A stretch of DNA of 32,882 nt, taken from the IMG/VR virus record IMGVR_UViG_3300020044_007999, positions 1 through 32,882 of that record; one strand, written 5' to 3'. The first letter of the stretch is position 1; each line of letters opens with the position of its first letter. The notes under the pieces were generated by a model. The model was not told the DNA's origin and searched no databases. It was given only the letters and a program-made list of their open reading frames with translations. Source of the stretch: a virus. Its lineage: Duplodnaviria; Caudoviricetes. Made by a program: the position numbers and the translations under genes. Positions 1 through 9,250 of this stretch are shown here, piece by piece.

Positions 1-1
1 A

Positions 2-598
2 ATCTTGGAACAGACCATTGCCGAGATCGAAAAAAAGAAAATACTGGTTTATGATCGGTCAGGTTGCGGAGTTCATGAGGCAATCAGAGTAATTAGGCAG
101 CAGCACCGAAAAGGAAATTGTGAATGGGCAATTATTGATTATTTGCAATTACTCAAAATGGAGGGATTTAAAGGATCGAATCGGGAGCAAGAGGTAGCAA
201 GTATCAGTAGGGCATTGAAAGCAGCGCAAAAGGAATTAGGAATACCTTTCCTGCTACTTTGCCAACTTAATAGAAACCCAGAAGCAAGAGCAGACAAAAA
301 GCCTGCCGTTTCTGATATTCGGGAATCTGGTCAACTTGAACAGGATGCTGACACAATCGGATTAATTTATCGTCCTGCATTTTATGGACTAAATAAGGAA
401 TCAGGCGAACCATACACCAACGAAATTATCTACATGCTTGAGAAGCATCGGCAAGGAGCAGTAGGTACAGTTGAATTTAAGCATAACAAAACTATGAGCA
501 GTTTCTATGACTCAGAAAATCAAACACAAGAATACCAGTATAAACCAATGATTCCATCAAACTTTTTCGAAGTTGAAAAAGACGAACCCGAATTTTAA
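2..598 (+). CDS. dnaB: Replicative DNA helicase DnaB, C-terminal part (5' truncated by window)
   Basis: Motifs IIDYLQL, LCQLNR, SDIRESGQLEQDAD, KHRQG; frame open to window start. Confidence 0.95.
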   Translation: MLEQTIAEIEKKKILVYDRSGCGVHEAIRVIRQQHRKGNCEWAIIDYLQLLKMEGFKGSNREQEVASISRALKAAQKELGIPFLLLCQLNRNPEARADKKPAVSDIRESGQLEQDADTIGLIYRPAFYGLNKESGEPYTNEIIYMLEKHRQGAVGTVEFKHNKTMSSFYDSENQTQEYQYKPMIPSNFFEVEKDEPEF

Positions 599-619
599 CC
601 AACAATAAAAAAAATAAAC

Positions 620-955
620 ATGGGACAAATGAAAATGAATGTGCATAATTTCAAGGCTAAATTTCCTGATAGATACGAAAGAGTAGGAGCAATGATTGAG
701 GACTTTGTATGCAATCATACAAGTGATCAGAAATTAGCCGACAAATACAAGCTATCACTATTCACAATCAATTTTTTTATCAAACAATATTTCGGAAATC
801 CTCGTGAGCCGTTTATAGTTGATATCAAAGTTGATCGGGAAAAAGTAAAGCCGATCCCAATTGAAATAACAAACCTACACAAAGAATACATGACTGCCTG
901 CATGAAGGTTGATCTACTCAGGGATGCAATTTATAAGTTTGAAAATAACCTTTGA
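620..955 (+). CDS. Hypothetical protein, possible HTH DNA-binding
   Basis: A-rich leader; SDQKLADKYKLSLFTINFFI resembles an HTH. Confidence 0.6.
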   Translation: MGQMKMNVHNFKAKFPDRYERVGAMIEDFVCNHTSDQKLADKYKLSLFTINFFIKQYFGNPREPFIVDIKVDREKVKPIPIEITNLHKEYMTACMKVDLLRDAIYKFENNL

Positions 956-968
956 AATAAAAAAAGTA

Positions 969-976
969 TACCTTTG
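969..976 (+). promoter_or_regulatory. Bacteroidota -7 promoter element TACCTTTG, near-leaderless start of packaging operon
   Basis: Matches TAnnTTTG, 4 nt before ATG 981, in the intergenic gap. Confidence 0.65.
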
Positions 977-980
977 TTGA

Positions 981-1592
981 ATGATTTACAGAAACATATC
1001 AGAAATAAAAAGTAATCCAAAGAATCCGAGAGTTATTAAGGATGAGAAGTTTGCGAAATTGGTTCAATCGCTCAAAGACTTTCCTGAGATGCTTGAGAAA
1101 CGACCTCTTGTTTGTTTTACTGATACAGATAAGAAGTTGGTTGTACTAGGTGGCAATATGCGATTAAAGGCAGCAAATGAGCTTGGATTAAAGAAGCTGC
1201 CTGTAATTCTTGCTGACGATTGGACTGAGGAGCAAAAGGCTCAATTTCTGATCAAAGATAATGTCGGGTTCGGAGAATGGGACTATGATGAATTGGCAAA
1301 TGATTGGGACGTGGACAAATTGCTCGAATGGGGATTAGAAATGCCTGGATTTGGAGACGAAAAAAAATCAGAGGGAGAAATAAATTTTAGCAATGAATTA
1401 GATTTCGAAAGTAATTACATCGTGCTTAAATTTAGCAAGGACATAGACTGGATCCAAGCGCAAAGCATATTTAATTTAGAGTCCACGTATAGCAGGAGGG
1501 CAAACGGCAAGCCTTGGAGCAAAGGTGTTGGAAGGGTAGTTGATGGAGTTGATGCGATTATTAAAATAAAGGAGTCAGCAAATGAAGGTTAG
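981..1592 (+). CDS. ParB/Srx-like N-terminal domain protein
   Basis: NPKNPR, LVQSLKDFP, VLGGNMRLKAA, IKDNVGFGEWD typical of phage ParB-like proteins. Confidence 0.88.
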   Translation: MIYRNISEIKSNPKNPRVIKDEKFAKLVQSLKDFPEMLEKRPLVCFTDTDKKLVVLGGNMRLKAANELGLKKLPVILADDWTEEQKAQFLIKDNVGFGEWDYDELANDWDVDKLLEWGLEMPGFGDEKKSEGEINFSNELDFESNYIVLKFSKDIDWIQAQSIFNLESTYSRRANGKPWSKGVGRVVDGVDAIIKIKESANEG

Positions 1593-2316
1593 TTTTTACG
1601 CTCCGTCTTATAAAAGACCTGAAAAAAGCATTACTCAAATAAATTACCCATTTGTTAAATTGGTCGTTAGGGAATCAGATGCCGATCAATATAAGGCTAA
1701 CGGCAATGATGTTATAGTAGTACCAGATTCGGCACAGGGTAATTTGTGCAGGATTAGAAATTATATTCTAGACAATTTATTTGAGAGCGATTGTTTAATA
1801 TTATTGGATGATGACTGTAGAGGAATTTACAGATGGGATAAACAAAGAAAAAATAAATTGGATCCAGACGAATTACAAGAGTTTTGTGAAAATTCTAGTA
1901 TACTATGCGACGATTACGGTTTTAAATTCTGGGGATTGAATTGTGTTACAGATAAGGGAGCATACAGAGAACATACCCCTTTTGGAACATTGCAATATAT
2001 CGGAGGACCGTTTCAGGCACATTTAAAAAACAAGATCAGGTATGATGAAAATTTACCATTAAAGGAGGACTACGACATAACCCTACAGCATATTAAAGCG
2101 TACAACGGATGTTTACGAATAAATTATGCATGCTATGATGTGAAACAAGCCGAGCAGGCTGGAGGATGTTCAACATATAGGAATAATACAAAAGAGGCTG
2201 AGCAGTTTAGTTTATTGCAAAAAAAATGGGGAAATAATATCATTCAAAGTGATAAAAAAAGCAAAAGGAGTTTTGACTTTAATCCAATATTGAAAGTGCC
2301 AACAAAGGGTGTATAA
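1582..2316 (+). CDS. TET-associated-type (TAGT/GREB1/base-J-like) GT-A glycosyltransferase
   Basis: PSYKR start, RNYILD, LLDDD, KEDYD..LQ, QAGGC, LQKKWG motif series. Confidence 0.78.
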   Translation: MKVSFYAPSYKRPEKSITQINYPFVKLVVRESDADQYKANGNDVIVVPDSAQGNLCRIRNYILDNLFESDCLILLDDDCRGIYRWDKQRKNKLDPDELQEFCENSSILCDDYGFKFWGLNCVTDKGAYREHTPFGTLQYIGGPFQAHLKNKIRYDENLPLKEDYDITLQHIKAYNGCLRINYACYDVKQAEQAGGCSTYRNNTKEAEQFSLLQKKWGNNIIQSDKKSKRSFDFNPILKVPTKGV

Positions 2317-2328
2317 ATATATATAAAA

Positions 2329-2637
2329 ATGCCATTTAAAAAAGGAGAGACACCAAAGGGAGCAGTTCCATTTGTAAAGGGAAAAAGTGGTAACCCAAAA
2401 GGAGCACCGAGAAAGATACCTAATCTGGATCTGCTATTGGCAGAAGTGTTAGGAGAGGATAAGGATGGCATTGAGGCTGCAAAGGCAATCCTAATGGCAA
2501 TGAGAAGTAAAGCAATTAAAGGGGATGTTAGGGCGGCTGAGTTGCTTCTTGATCGGGCTTATGGAAAGGCAAAGCAATTTATTGAAAGCAATATAATGAT
2601 AGAAGCCCGCCCGGCTTGGTTAGATGCAGCTAAATAA
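2329..2637 (+). CDS. terS: Terminase small subunit (putative)
   Basis: FxKGxSGNPKG, AIKGDVRAAELLLDRAYGK; directly upstream of TerL. Confidence 0.75.
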   Translation: MPFKKGETPKGAVPFVKGKSGNPKGAPRKIPNLDLLLAEVLGEDKDGIEAAKAILMAMRSKAIKGDVRAAELLLDRAYGKAKQFIESNIMIEARPAWLDAAK

Positions 2638-3766
2638 AAATCTTCAGTTCTTAGTTGATAATGTTCCAAAATATCGAATTGTAGGTTTACAAGGTGGAAC
2701 TAGATCGGGTAAGTCTTACGCAGTAGTTCAATACCTAATCAGCCTTGCATCCAATTACAAGATTGGAGTGATATCCATTTGCCGTGAAAGTTACAATGCC
2801 TTAAAGGCTACTGTGCTTCGGGACTTTATTGATATACTTATTTCGGCAGGCTTGTTTCGGGATGAGGATTACAATCGAACCGATCACACGTATGTTCTGA
2901 ACGGCAATGTGTTTGAGTTCTTCGGGATGGATTCACCCGGCAAAGTTCAAGGAAGGAAGCGGAACATTCTGTTTGTTAACGAGGTGATGGAAACAAGCCA
3001 AAATGTTTATCGGCAATTGGCATTAAGGACTGAAAATCGAATCATAATGGACTTCAATCCTACATCAATCGAACATTGGGTGTATAACGAACTAAGCAGA
3101 TCAGACTCAGCAACAGTTGTTACTACCTACCTTGATAATTTGGAGAACTTAAACGCTGATACAATTGCCGAGATTGAATATTTGAAAGATGCTGATCCCG
3201 ATCTTTGGAAAGTATTTGGCGAGGGTATGCCATCATCGGTTAGGAATCAAATTTACAATCATCAAAAGATTTCAGCATATCAACCCGTTACTGATTTTTG
3301 TTATGGATTAGACTTTGGATACAATCACCCATCTGTACTTGTCGAGGTAGGGCATCTTGATAGGTCAATTCAATGGCATGAGATTATCTATCAATCACAT
3401 TTAACTCCATCAAACCTAATTGATTTAATGATTCAAAAAGGAGTCAGGAAAACAATTCAAATCTATGCCGATGGAGCAAGACCAGAAGCTATTGCAGAAA
3501 TTCAAAAAGCAGGTTTTCGAATTAAAGCAGTTGAGAAATACCCGGGCTCAGTCAAAGAGCAAATTATAAAGGTCAAATCAAGACCTCTTGTTATTTCATC
3601 AGAAAGTGTAAATTTGCTACGTGAAATTAAAAGCTACAAATGGTCTGAAAATAATCCTGATGAACCAATCAAAGCATTTGATGATGGGATGGATGCAGGA
3701 AGATATGGAACACATGGACTTATTAAAGGCAAACGAGGTAACCCATTAATATCATTCACAACTTAG
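2624..3766 (+). CDS. terL: Terminase large subunit (PBSX-like)
   Basis: Walker A GGTRSGKS, Walker B LFVNE, DFNP, nuclease GLDFGY and DDGMDAGRY. Confidence 0.95.
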   Translation: MQLNKNLQFLVDNVPKYRIVGLQGGTRSGKSYAVVQYLISLASNYKIGVISICRESYNALKATVLRDFIDILISAGLFRDEDYNRTDHTYVLNGNVFEFFGMDSPGKVQGRKRNILFVNEVMETSQNVYRQLALRTENRIIMDFNPTSIEHWVYNELSRSDSATVVTTYLDNLENLNADTIAEIEYLKDADPDLWKVFGEGMPSSVRNQIYNHQKISAYQPVTDFCYGLDFGYNHPSVLVEVGHLDRSIQWHEIIYQSHLTPSNLIDLMIQKGVRKTIQIYADGARPEAIAEIQKAGFRIKAVEKYPGSVKEQIIKVKSRPLVISSESVNLLREIKSYKWSENNPDEPIKAFDDGMDAGRYGTHGLIKGKRGNPLISFTT

Positions 3767-3771
3767 GTAAC

Positions 3772-4458
3772 ATGCAGATTTATAAACTAGGAGAATACAG
3801 TGTTAAGATTCCACAGGACTGGGAAGAAATTACATTAAGACAGGCAATCGCATTATCAAAGTCAGGTGATGATGTTTCAGAAATTATGGCTGCGATTACT
3901 GGTATTTCATCTGATGTCTGCAAAAAAATAAAAGCTATTGATGTTGAGGTGGTTTTCGGTTCTGTTCTCAACTTCTTAAAAATAAAACCTGACCTTGATA
4001 AGATGTATGCAGTTAAAGCACCTGAAACATTTATTCTAGGTGATCAGACTTTCTCACGTTATTACAAGCCCGGAGAAATGACTTGGGCTCAACACTTAAA
4101 CTTTGATGCTGTTGCAGGCAATAAAGACCTTAGTGATCTTGAAAAGGTTGCTCCTGTGATTGCTATCTGCTGCCAACAACCTGACAAGTACAATGAAGAA
4201 ACACAAAAGGAACTAGAACAGTTTGCTCTTGATTTACCATTGAATATCTCAACTGCGATTTGTGGCTTTTTTTTTCGTCAATTGCTGAATTTCAACAAGC
4301 AACGGCTTTCAAAAATGAAATTGAGTACACTTCAGACCAAGTCAAAGCAGGCATTCATAACTTTAAAAGGTTCGGGGCACTTAATTCCATCGACTCTCTT
4401 TCTGGTGGGGATATTAGCAAGTGGAATTTGGTTGTTATGTTACCTATGCAGGACGTAG
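3772..4458 (+). CDS. Putative tail assembly chaperone (zero frame)
   Basis: PQDWEEITL start; T9 run at 4267-4275 (CGFFF) with an open -1 frame. Confidence 0.6.
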   Translation: MQIYKLGEYSVKIPQDWEEITLRQAIALSKSGDDVSEIMAAITGISSDVCKKIKAIDVEVVFGSVLNFLKIKPDLDKMYAVKAPETFILGDQTFSRYYKPGEMTWAQHLNFDAVAGNKDLSDLEKVAPVIAICCQQPDKYNEETQKELEQFALDLPLNISTAICGFFFRQLLNFNKQRLSKMKLSTLQTKSKQAFITLKGSGHLIPSTLFLVGILASGIWLLCYLCRT

Positions 4459-4559
4459 TAATGAAGTTAAAAATGAATCAGGAATCAAATAGGTATCAAT
4501 TGGCAATGGAAAAGATTAGTAAAGAACGAAACGATCGAATAAACAAACGCAGATCATGA
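4275..4559 (+). CDS. -1 frameshift extension of the 3772 gene
   Basis: Open -1 frame from the T9 run; no convincing ATG near its 5' end; stop overlaps next ATG (ATGA 4556). Confidence 0.6.
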   Translation, partial: SSIAEFQQATAFKNEIEYTSDQVKAGIHNFKRFGALNSIDSLSGGDISKWNLVVMLPMQDVVMKLKMNQESNRYQLAMEKISKERNDRINKRRS

Positions 4560-4789
4560 AAAGACTAAAAGAATTCTTTCAATTTACTTGGGCATTCATA
4601 AATAATAAGCCAGTTAAATTTGTACCTGAAAGAGCAAAGGCAGATTTCGAACGTGAACGAATTGAATCACTAAGAAAAGAGGCAATAAGAATCAAACAAA
4701 AAAAATCTGCATTCAGTTCTAATGAACGTGCTAAAATAATGGATATAACTAATCGATTGATTTCAGAAGGTAAAATGAATCCGATATGA
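4556..4789 (+). CDS. Hypothetical protein
   Basis: ATGA-coupled at both ends. Confidence 0.65.
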   Translation: MKRLKEFFQFTWAFINNKPVKFVPERAKADFERERIESLRKEAIRIKQKKSAFSSNERAKIMDITNRLISEGKMNPI

Positions 4790-4971
4790 TTATAACCGAT
4801 GAATTCAACCACAAGATTTTGAACTTGGAAATGGGAGCAAGACTTTATGTTCATGCTTCAATTTCTGTGTTAAGAATCAAAGGAGGTTGGATTTATGAGT
4901 ATTGGACTAAGAATGGAAGTGATACCTTTGTAACGGCAACTTGTTATGTTCCAAACACTATCAAACTATGA
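4786..4971 (+). CDS. Hypothetical protein
   Basis: ATGA-coupled at both ends. Confidence 0.65.
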   Translation: MIITDEFNHKILNLEMGARLYVHASISVLRIKGGWIYEYWTKNGSDTFVTATCYVPNTIKL

Positions 4972-5426
4972 GGATCGTTAATGTTATTCGGGATTGCTTT
5001 GATTCAATGACTGTTTTAAAGTCATTTATTAACGAACCAAGAGGTGCAGCAAATCAGTTAACTGATAACACCGAACTGCCATTCTTAATCTTAAACAGAC
5101 CAATTGAAATGCCTTATGAATATTTGGCGAATAATGTTCAAGAGGTGTATGATGTTCTTTTGATTTACGGACATAAAAATGCAAATACTGATCTTGGTCA
5201 ATCTCAGGACTCAAACGATGTAGAAATTGAGATAATGAGGCAACAAGCAAAGATTATGATATTGAACCTTGATCGTCATGTTGATGTTCGTGAGGTTCGT
5301 GTTACTCAACCTGTACGTGATTACATTGATGGATTCGATGTTAATGCAGCAGGAGTATTCCAATATTTGAGAATCACCTTACTTCCTCCATCTCCTGATG
5401 TCTGTGCAACACTTCCAGTTCCATGA
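4968..5426 (+). CDS. Putative tail terminator/completion protein
   Basis: ATG 4968 overlaps previous TGA; about 150 aa acidic alpha/beta protein in tail region. Confidence 0.5.
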   Translation: MRIVNVIRDCFDSMTVLKSFINEPRGAANQLTDNTELPFLILNRPIEMPYEYLANNVQEVYDVLLIYGHKNANTDLGQSQDSNDVEIEIMRQQAKIMILNLDRHVDVREVRVTQPVRDYIDGFDVNAAGVFQYLRITLLPPSPDVCATLPVP

Positions 5427-5914
5427 TAGCCTTCGATGCCGAAATACTTAAATCATTTGCTGATAAGACTGTTTTCGACATTAGACAGTCAATGGATGTT
5501 TCGGGTGTAACTGCATCGGGTAAATTTAACAGATCCTTAGAATCAACAGTAAGTTCAAATGAAGTTGTAATTACTGGATTGAAATACGCAGGTGCAATTG
5601 AATCAGGTCGTAAACCATCATCAGGTGGCACAGGTGTACTTAGAGCATTGATAAGGTCTTGGATAGATGAAAAGGGTATTGTACCTACAGGAATAACTAA
5701 AGACTCGTTAGCCTTCTTAATAACAAGAAAAATACATAAAGAAGGTACTTCACTTTATCGTGGTACAGATCATTATGGTAGATCAAAACCATCAAGGGTA
5801 ATTACAGGAGTTATTAAGGATGGAAGGATTGAACAACTAGGATCAGACCTTATTCTATCATTTGTTAAACAAGTTAAATCAGAAATCTTTAATGGCACTA
5901 AATCAAACGGTTGA
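5423..5914 (+). CDS. Putative neck/tail completion protein (HK97 gp10-like)
   Basis: ASG..NRSL, YAGAIESGRKP, AFLITRKIHKEGT patterns; basic. Confidence 0.6.
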   Translation: MIAFDAEILKSFADKTVFDIRQSMDVSGVTASGKFNRSLESTVSSNEVVITGLKYAGAIESGRKPSSGGTGVLRALIRSWIDEKGIVPTGITKDSLAFLITRKIHKEGTSLYRGTDHYGRSKPSRVITGVIKDGRIEQLGSDLILSFVKQVKSEIFNGTKSNG

Positions 5915-7319
5915 TCTTTTACAAGTTGTAACTGATGAGGTATCTCCTCCAATTGAATCATCTTGGATTGCAGTTAACAATCCCTGCTATGTAGAATATC
6001 AAAGAAAGGATTTCACATTCACAAACGCATCATATTCTGGTGGTTCATTTTTGAGAATGATTTTTGCATCAGCGCCAATTGGTGTTGCTATTGGTCATTC
6101 AGTTTATATCGGATTTGAAGGAGTGTATGAAGGTCCTGCAATTGTAACTGATGTTAGCGGAACAGACGTAACGGTTGACGTTGAGGTTGACTTAACTGGA
6201 GTAATTGGCATTGATGCCTACATGAATGATAACACTTTGCGTGAGAATTATTTTATCGATTTAAATATTTCTGAACCAACAAACACAACTATTCTTGCTA
6301 CATTAAAGGCATCCCCAAACACAGCAGGAGTAATTGGAATTGATATTTCTTCTGCACTTCAAACCTTTGTGAGCAATACTGATGCACTTATTTTGCAAGT
6401 TGCTGACACATCGGTACAAGATATCAACTCAACTATTGCATTTGTTTATTCAGTTAAGGAGAATTGGAATGGTTCAAGTAATTCATTTGTATTATTAAGT
6501 GATACTCATTATGGTGTTAACGGAGCATTTCAACTTCAAGCACAGTACAATGGAAATTATGCAGAGTACTACTTAGATATTTACAACGAATACAAAAAGA
6601 TTCCTAGAGATTTCGTAAGACCAAAATATTTCGTAGGATATCCATTTGATATTTCATTCATTTTTCCGACTGATTTGGATCTGGTTCCAATGACATCTAG
6701 ATCAGAACATTTTGCAGGTAGTGTTTCTTTGGGCACAGGTATTTCAACTGTTACAGCTACAAATAAAGGATCATTGTGCAGGATTTATCCAAACATTGAT
6801 GTTAACATTTCACCGGGAGATACTGTAAATTATGTTGCTCACTATTTTGAGGCTAACGATTCACAAGTAAGCGAGACCTTGTTTATTGATTTTATTTATC
6901 CTGATCAATCGGGCTGCAATGGAATTTACATCGAATGGCTTGGTAAGTTAGGCAATCGTTCTTATTACCTATTCAATGATAAATCAGAAGAATCATTGTT
7001 GGTTAATGGAGGTGATACATTTGAATATGCATTCAATCGAATTTCTGATCTTGAACAGAGGTCTGATTTCTTTAGTAAAGATGCTACACAGCTATTCAAA
7101 TGTGGAGTAAGCGCAATATCACGAAACGACATTGAAGGTCTTAAAACGCTTCTTACATCGGTTAAGGTATCGGTAATAACGTCAGACGGAATAGGTGGAT
7201 GGAAAAGAACAGGAATACTTATTGCTCCCGGCACGTTTGTGATTGGTAAATTGGCAGACAATACTTTCAATCTTGAATTTGCATTTAGTTATTCCAGACA
7301 ATTTAATCAGTCAGCATGA
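5892..7319 (+). CDS. Tail tip/baseplate structural protein
   Basis: Beta-rich; C-terminal WLGKLGNRSYYLF ... LLTSVKV pattern; position. Confidence 0.6.
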   Translation: MALNQTVDLLQVVTDEVSPPIESSWIAVNNPCYVEYQRKDFTFTNASYSGGSFLRMIFASAPIGVAIGHSVYIGFEGVYEGPAIVTDVSGTDVTVDVEVDLTGVIGIDAYMNDNTLRENYFIDLNISEPTNTTILATLKASPNTAGVIGIDISSALQTFVSNTDALILQVADTSVQDINSTIAFVYSVKENWNGSSNSFVLLSDTHYGVNGAFQLQAQYNGNYAEYYLDIYNEYKKIPRDFVRPKYFVGYPFDISFIFPTDLDLVPMTSRSEHFAGSVSLGTGISTVTATNKGSLCRIYPNIDVNISPGDTVNYVAHYFEANDSQVSETLFIDFIYPDQSGCNGIYIEWLGKLGNRSYYLFNDKSEESLLVNGGDTFEYAFNRISDLEQRSDFFSKDATQLFKCGVSAISRNDIEGLKTLLTSVKVSVITSDGIGGWKRTGILIAPGTFVIGKLADNTFNLEFAFSYSRQFNQSA

Positions 7320-9250
7320 TAAAAGTAATTGTAAATGATTATGAGATTGAATTGTTTTCAGATACTGTGGTGGCTCTGTCAAAGAAATGTGCTACTATCG
7401 GTAATCTTCAAAACAGATATAGTTCATTTACTAATAAGTTTAATGTTCCTAAAACAAGATCGAATAGGTCTGCTCTTGGCATAACTCAATTTCAGGATAA
7501 TTCTGGAACACCTTATTCAACATTAAATGGAAAGATCATTTCTGATGGAATCGAAATTGCTTCGAATGTAACAGTCATTATTGAATCAGTATCAGACAGC
7601 ATTTCGCTTTCAATTCGTGCAGGTAATGGAAGTTTATTTGATAGATTTAATACTACTTACCTGAGTGATATTGATACATCTGATTTGGATAGATATTGGA
7701 ACAGGGCAAGTATTTTAAATGCACGTACAAATGATTGGACTGATGGACTAATCTTTCCAGTTTGTCAAACAGGAAATCAGAGTTTGATTTTCAATACGAT
7801 TCAAATTAAAGGCATGATACCTTTTGTATTTTGCAAAAACTTGTTTGAAAAAATTGCTTTAATGTTCGGTTACACTTGGACAGGATCAACTTACACAAAT
7901 AATCAATTTGAAAAATTACTTATTGCAATTTCGGGATTGAATATTTCACAAAGGTTTGCTGATCAATTTAAGACTACTGCAAGTGCTGATCCTGCAACTT
8001 ATGTTTCAATTGGAGGTGGAAATGATTCTTTACAATATGTTGGATTAACTGCAATTTATGATCCATGGTCTTTGCTTAATGCATTCACAATTACACCAGA
8101 TACTGTTGATGCTTACAAAATACCTGTGCCTGGTACTTACCTTGTTGAGTTTGATTATGACATAACAGTTGAACATTTGAATTCAGTTGGTGCAGCATTT
8201 CTTGATTTTAGTGTTTCTGGAAACAACATATTTTTAGGTTTATCAACTGTTGATCTTACTCCAACACTTCCTGATGTACCTCAGAATTTCACAGGAACAT
8301 TAAGCATTGAATTTACATTTGATACTATTCTTGATAACAATTCAATTTTAACATCAGATGCGGCTTGTTATTTATCATATTTATCAGGCGCTGATGCTGG
8401 ATCAACATTTACCATTAATTCAGGTCAATTCAGAGTTCAAGAAATTGCAGCACCTGAAACACATTTTAATAGACCTTTATCAATTGCAGATCATTTACCT
8501 GATTGGACTATTGGACAATTTGTGAAAGAGGTTGGAAATATATTTGGAGCAATTTATGATGTAGATGAATACACGAAGGAAATTGATATTTTCAGACTTG
8601 ATGAAATCTCAACAAATAAAAATGAAGCATTAGATTGGAGTGATAAACTAGACCTATCAAAAGAAATACTGGTTACATTTATTGCAGCAGGAATAGGTCA
8701 AACAACTACACTTCAATGGAGTGAGTTTCTTTTGTATTCATACAATCTAAATATAGCAAATGATCAGTTGCCCGATAATACAACTTACATTAAATCAGAG
8801 GCGGATTATTCCATTTCAGCAATATTAGGACAGCAAACAATTCCTGTTATGAGTTTTGATGTTTGGGATTTTGACAATAGTAGAATTGTAATGGATGGTC
8901 AATCAAGATTTGGAATGCTTGGAAGTAATCCCGGCACTTCAATTATTGGAAATGCATTCGTAGGAACAACAAGTCCTTTTCCATTTGCTTACTTTGATTA
9001 CTCAGGTTCAGAACATTCATTGGATTGGGGTATATTATTTTCCAGATACTTTGATTCATTGTTAATTCCAATGACTGATAAGATTCAACGAGTTACTTGT
9101 TATGTTAGATTGAACGATGTGGACATTCAGAAGTTTAAATTCAAATATCCAATCTTCATTCAGCATTTTAATCGTTATTTTTACGTCGATGAAATAAGTG
9201 AATACACAGGCAAAAATCAATCTACTAAAATCGTGTTAATGGGTATCTGA
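7316..9250 (+). CDS. Tail tip/hub structural protein
   Basis: SFTNKFNVPKTRSN, DWSDKLD, YFYVDEISEY patterns; precedes tape measure. Confidence 0.6.
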   Translation: MIKVIVNDYEIELFSDTVVALSKKCATIGNLQNRYSSFTNKFNVPKTRSNRSALGITQFQDNSGTPYSTLNGKIISDGIEIASNVTVIIESVSDSISLSIRAGNGSLFDRFNTTYLSDIDTSDLDRYWNRASILNARTNDWTDGLIFPVCQTGNQSLIFNTIQIKGMIPFVFCKNLFEKIALMFGYTWTGSTYTNNQFEKLLIAISGLNISQRFADQFKTTASADPATYVSIGGGNDSLQYVGLTAIYDPWSLLNAFTITPDTVDAYKIPVPGTYLVEFDYDITVEHLNSVGAAFLDFSVSGNNIFLGLSTVDLTPTLPDVPQNFTGTLSIEFTFDTILDNNSILTSDAACYLSYLSGADAGSTFTINSGQFRVQEIAAPETHFNRPLSIADHLPDWTIGQFVKEVGNIFGAIYDVDEYTKEIDIFRLDEISTNKNEALDWSDKLDLSKEILVTFIAAGIGQTTTLQWSEFLLYSYNLNIANDQLPDNTTYIKSEADYSISAILGQQTIPVMSFDVWDFDNSRIVMDGQSRFGMLGSNPGTSIIGNAFVGTTSPFPFAYFDYSGSEHSLDWGILFSRYFDSLLIPMTDKIQRVTCYVRLNDVDIQKFKFKYPIFIQHFNRYFYVDEISEYTGKNQSTKIVLMGI

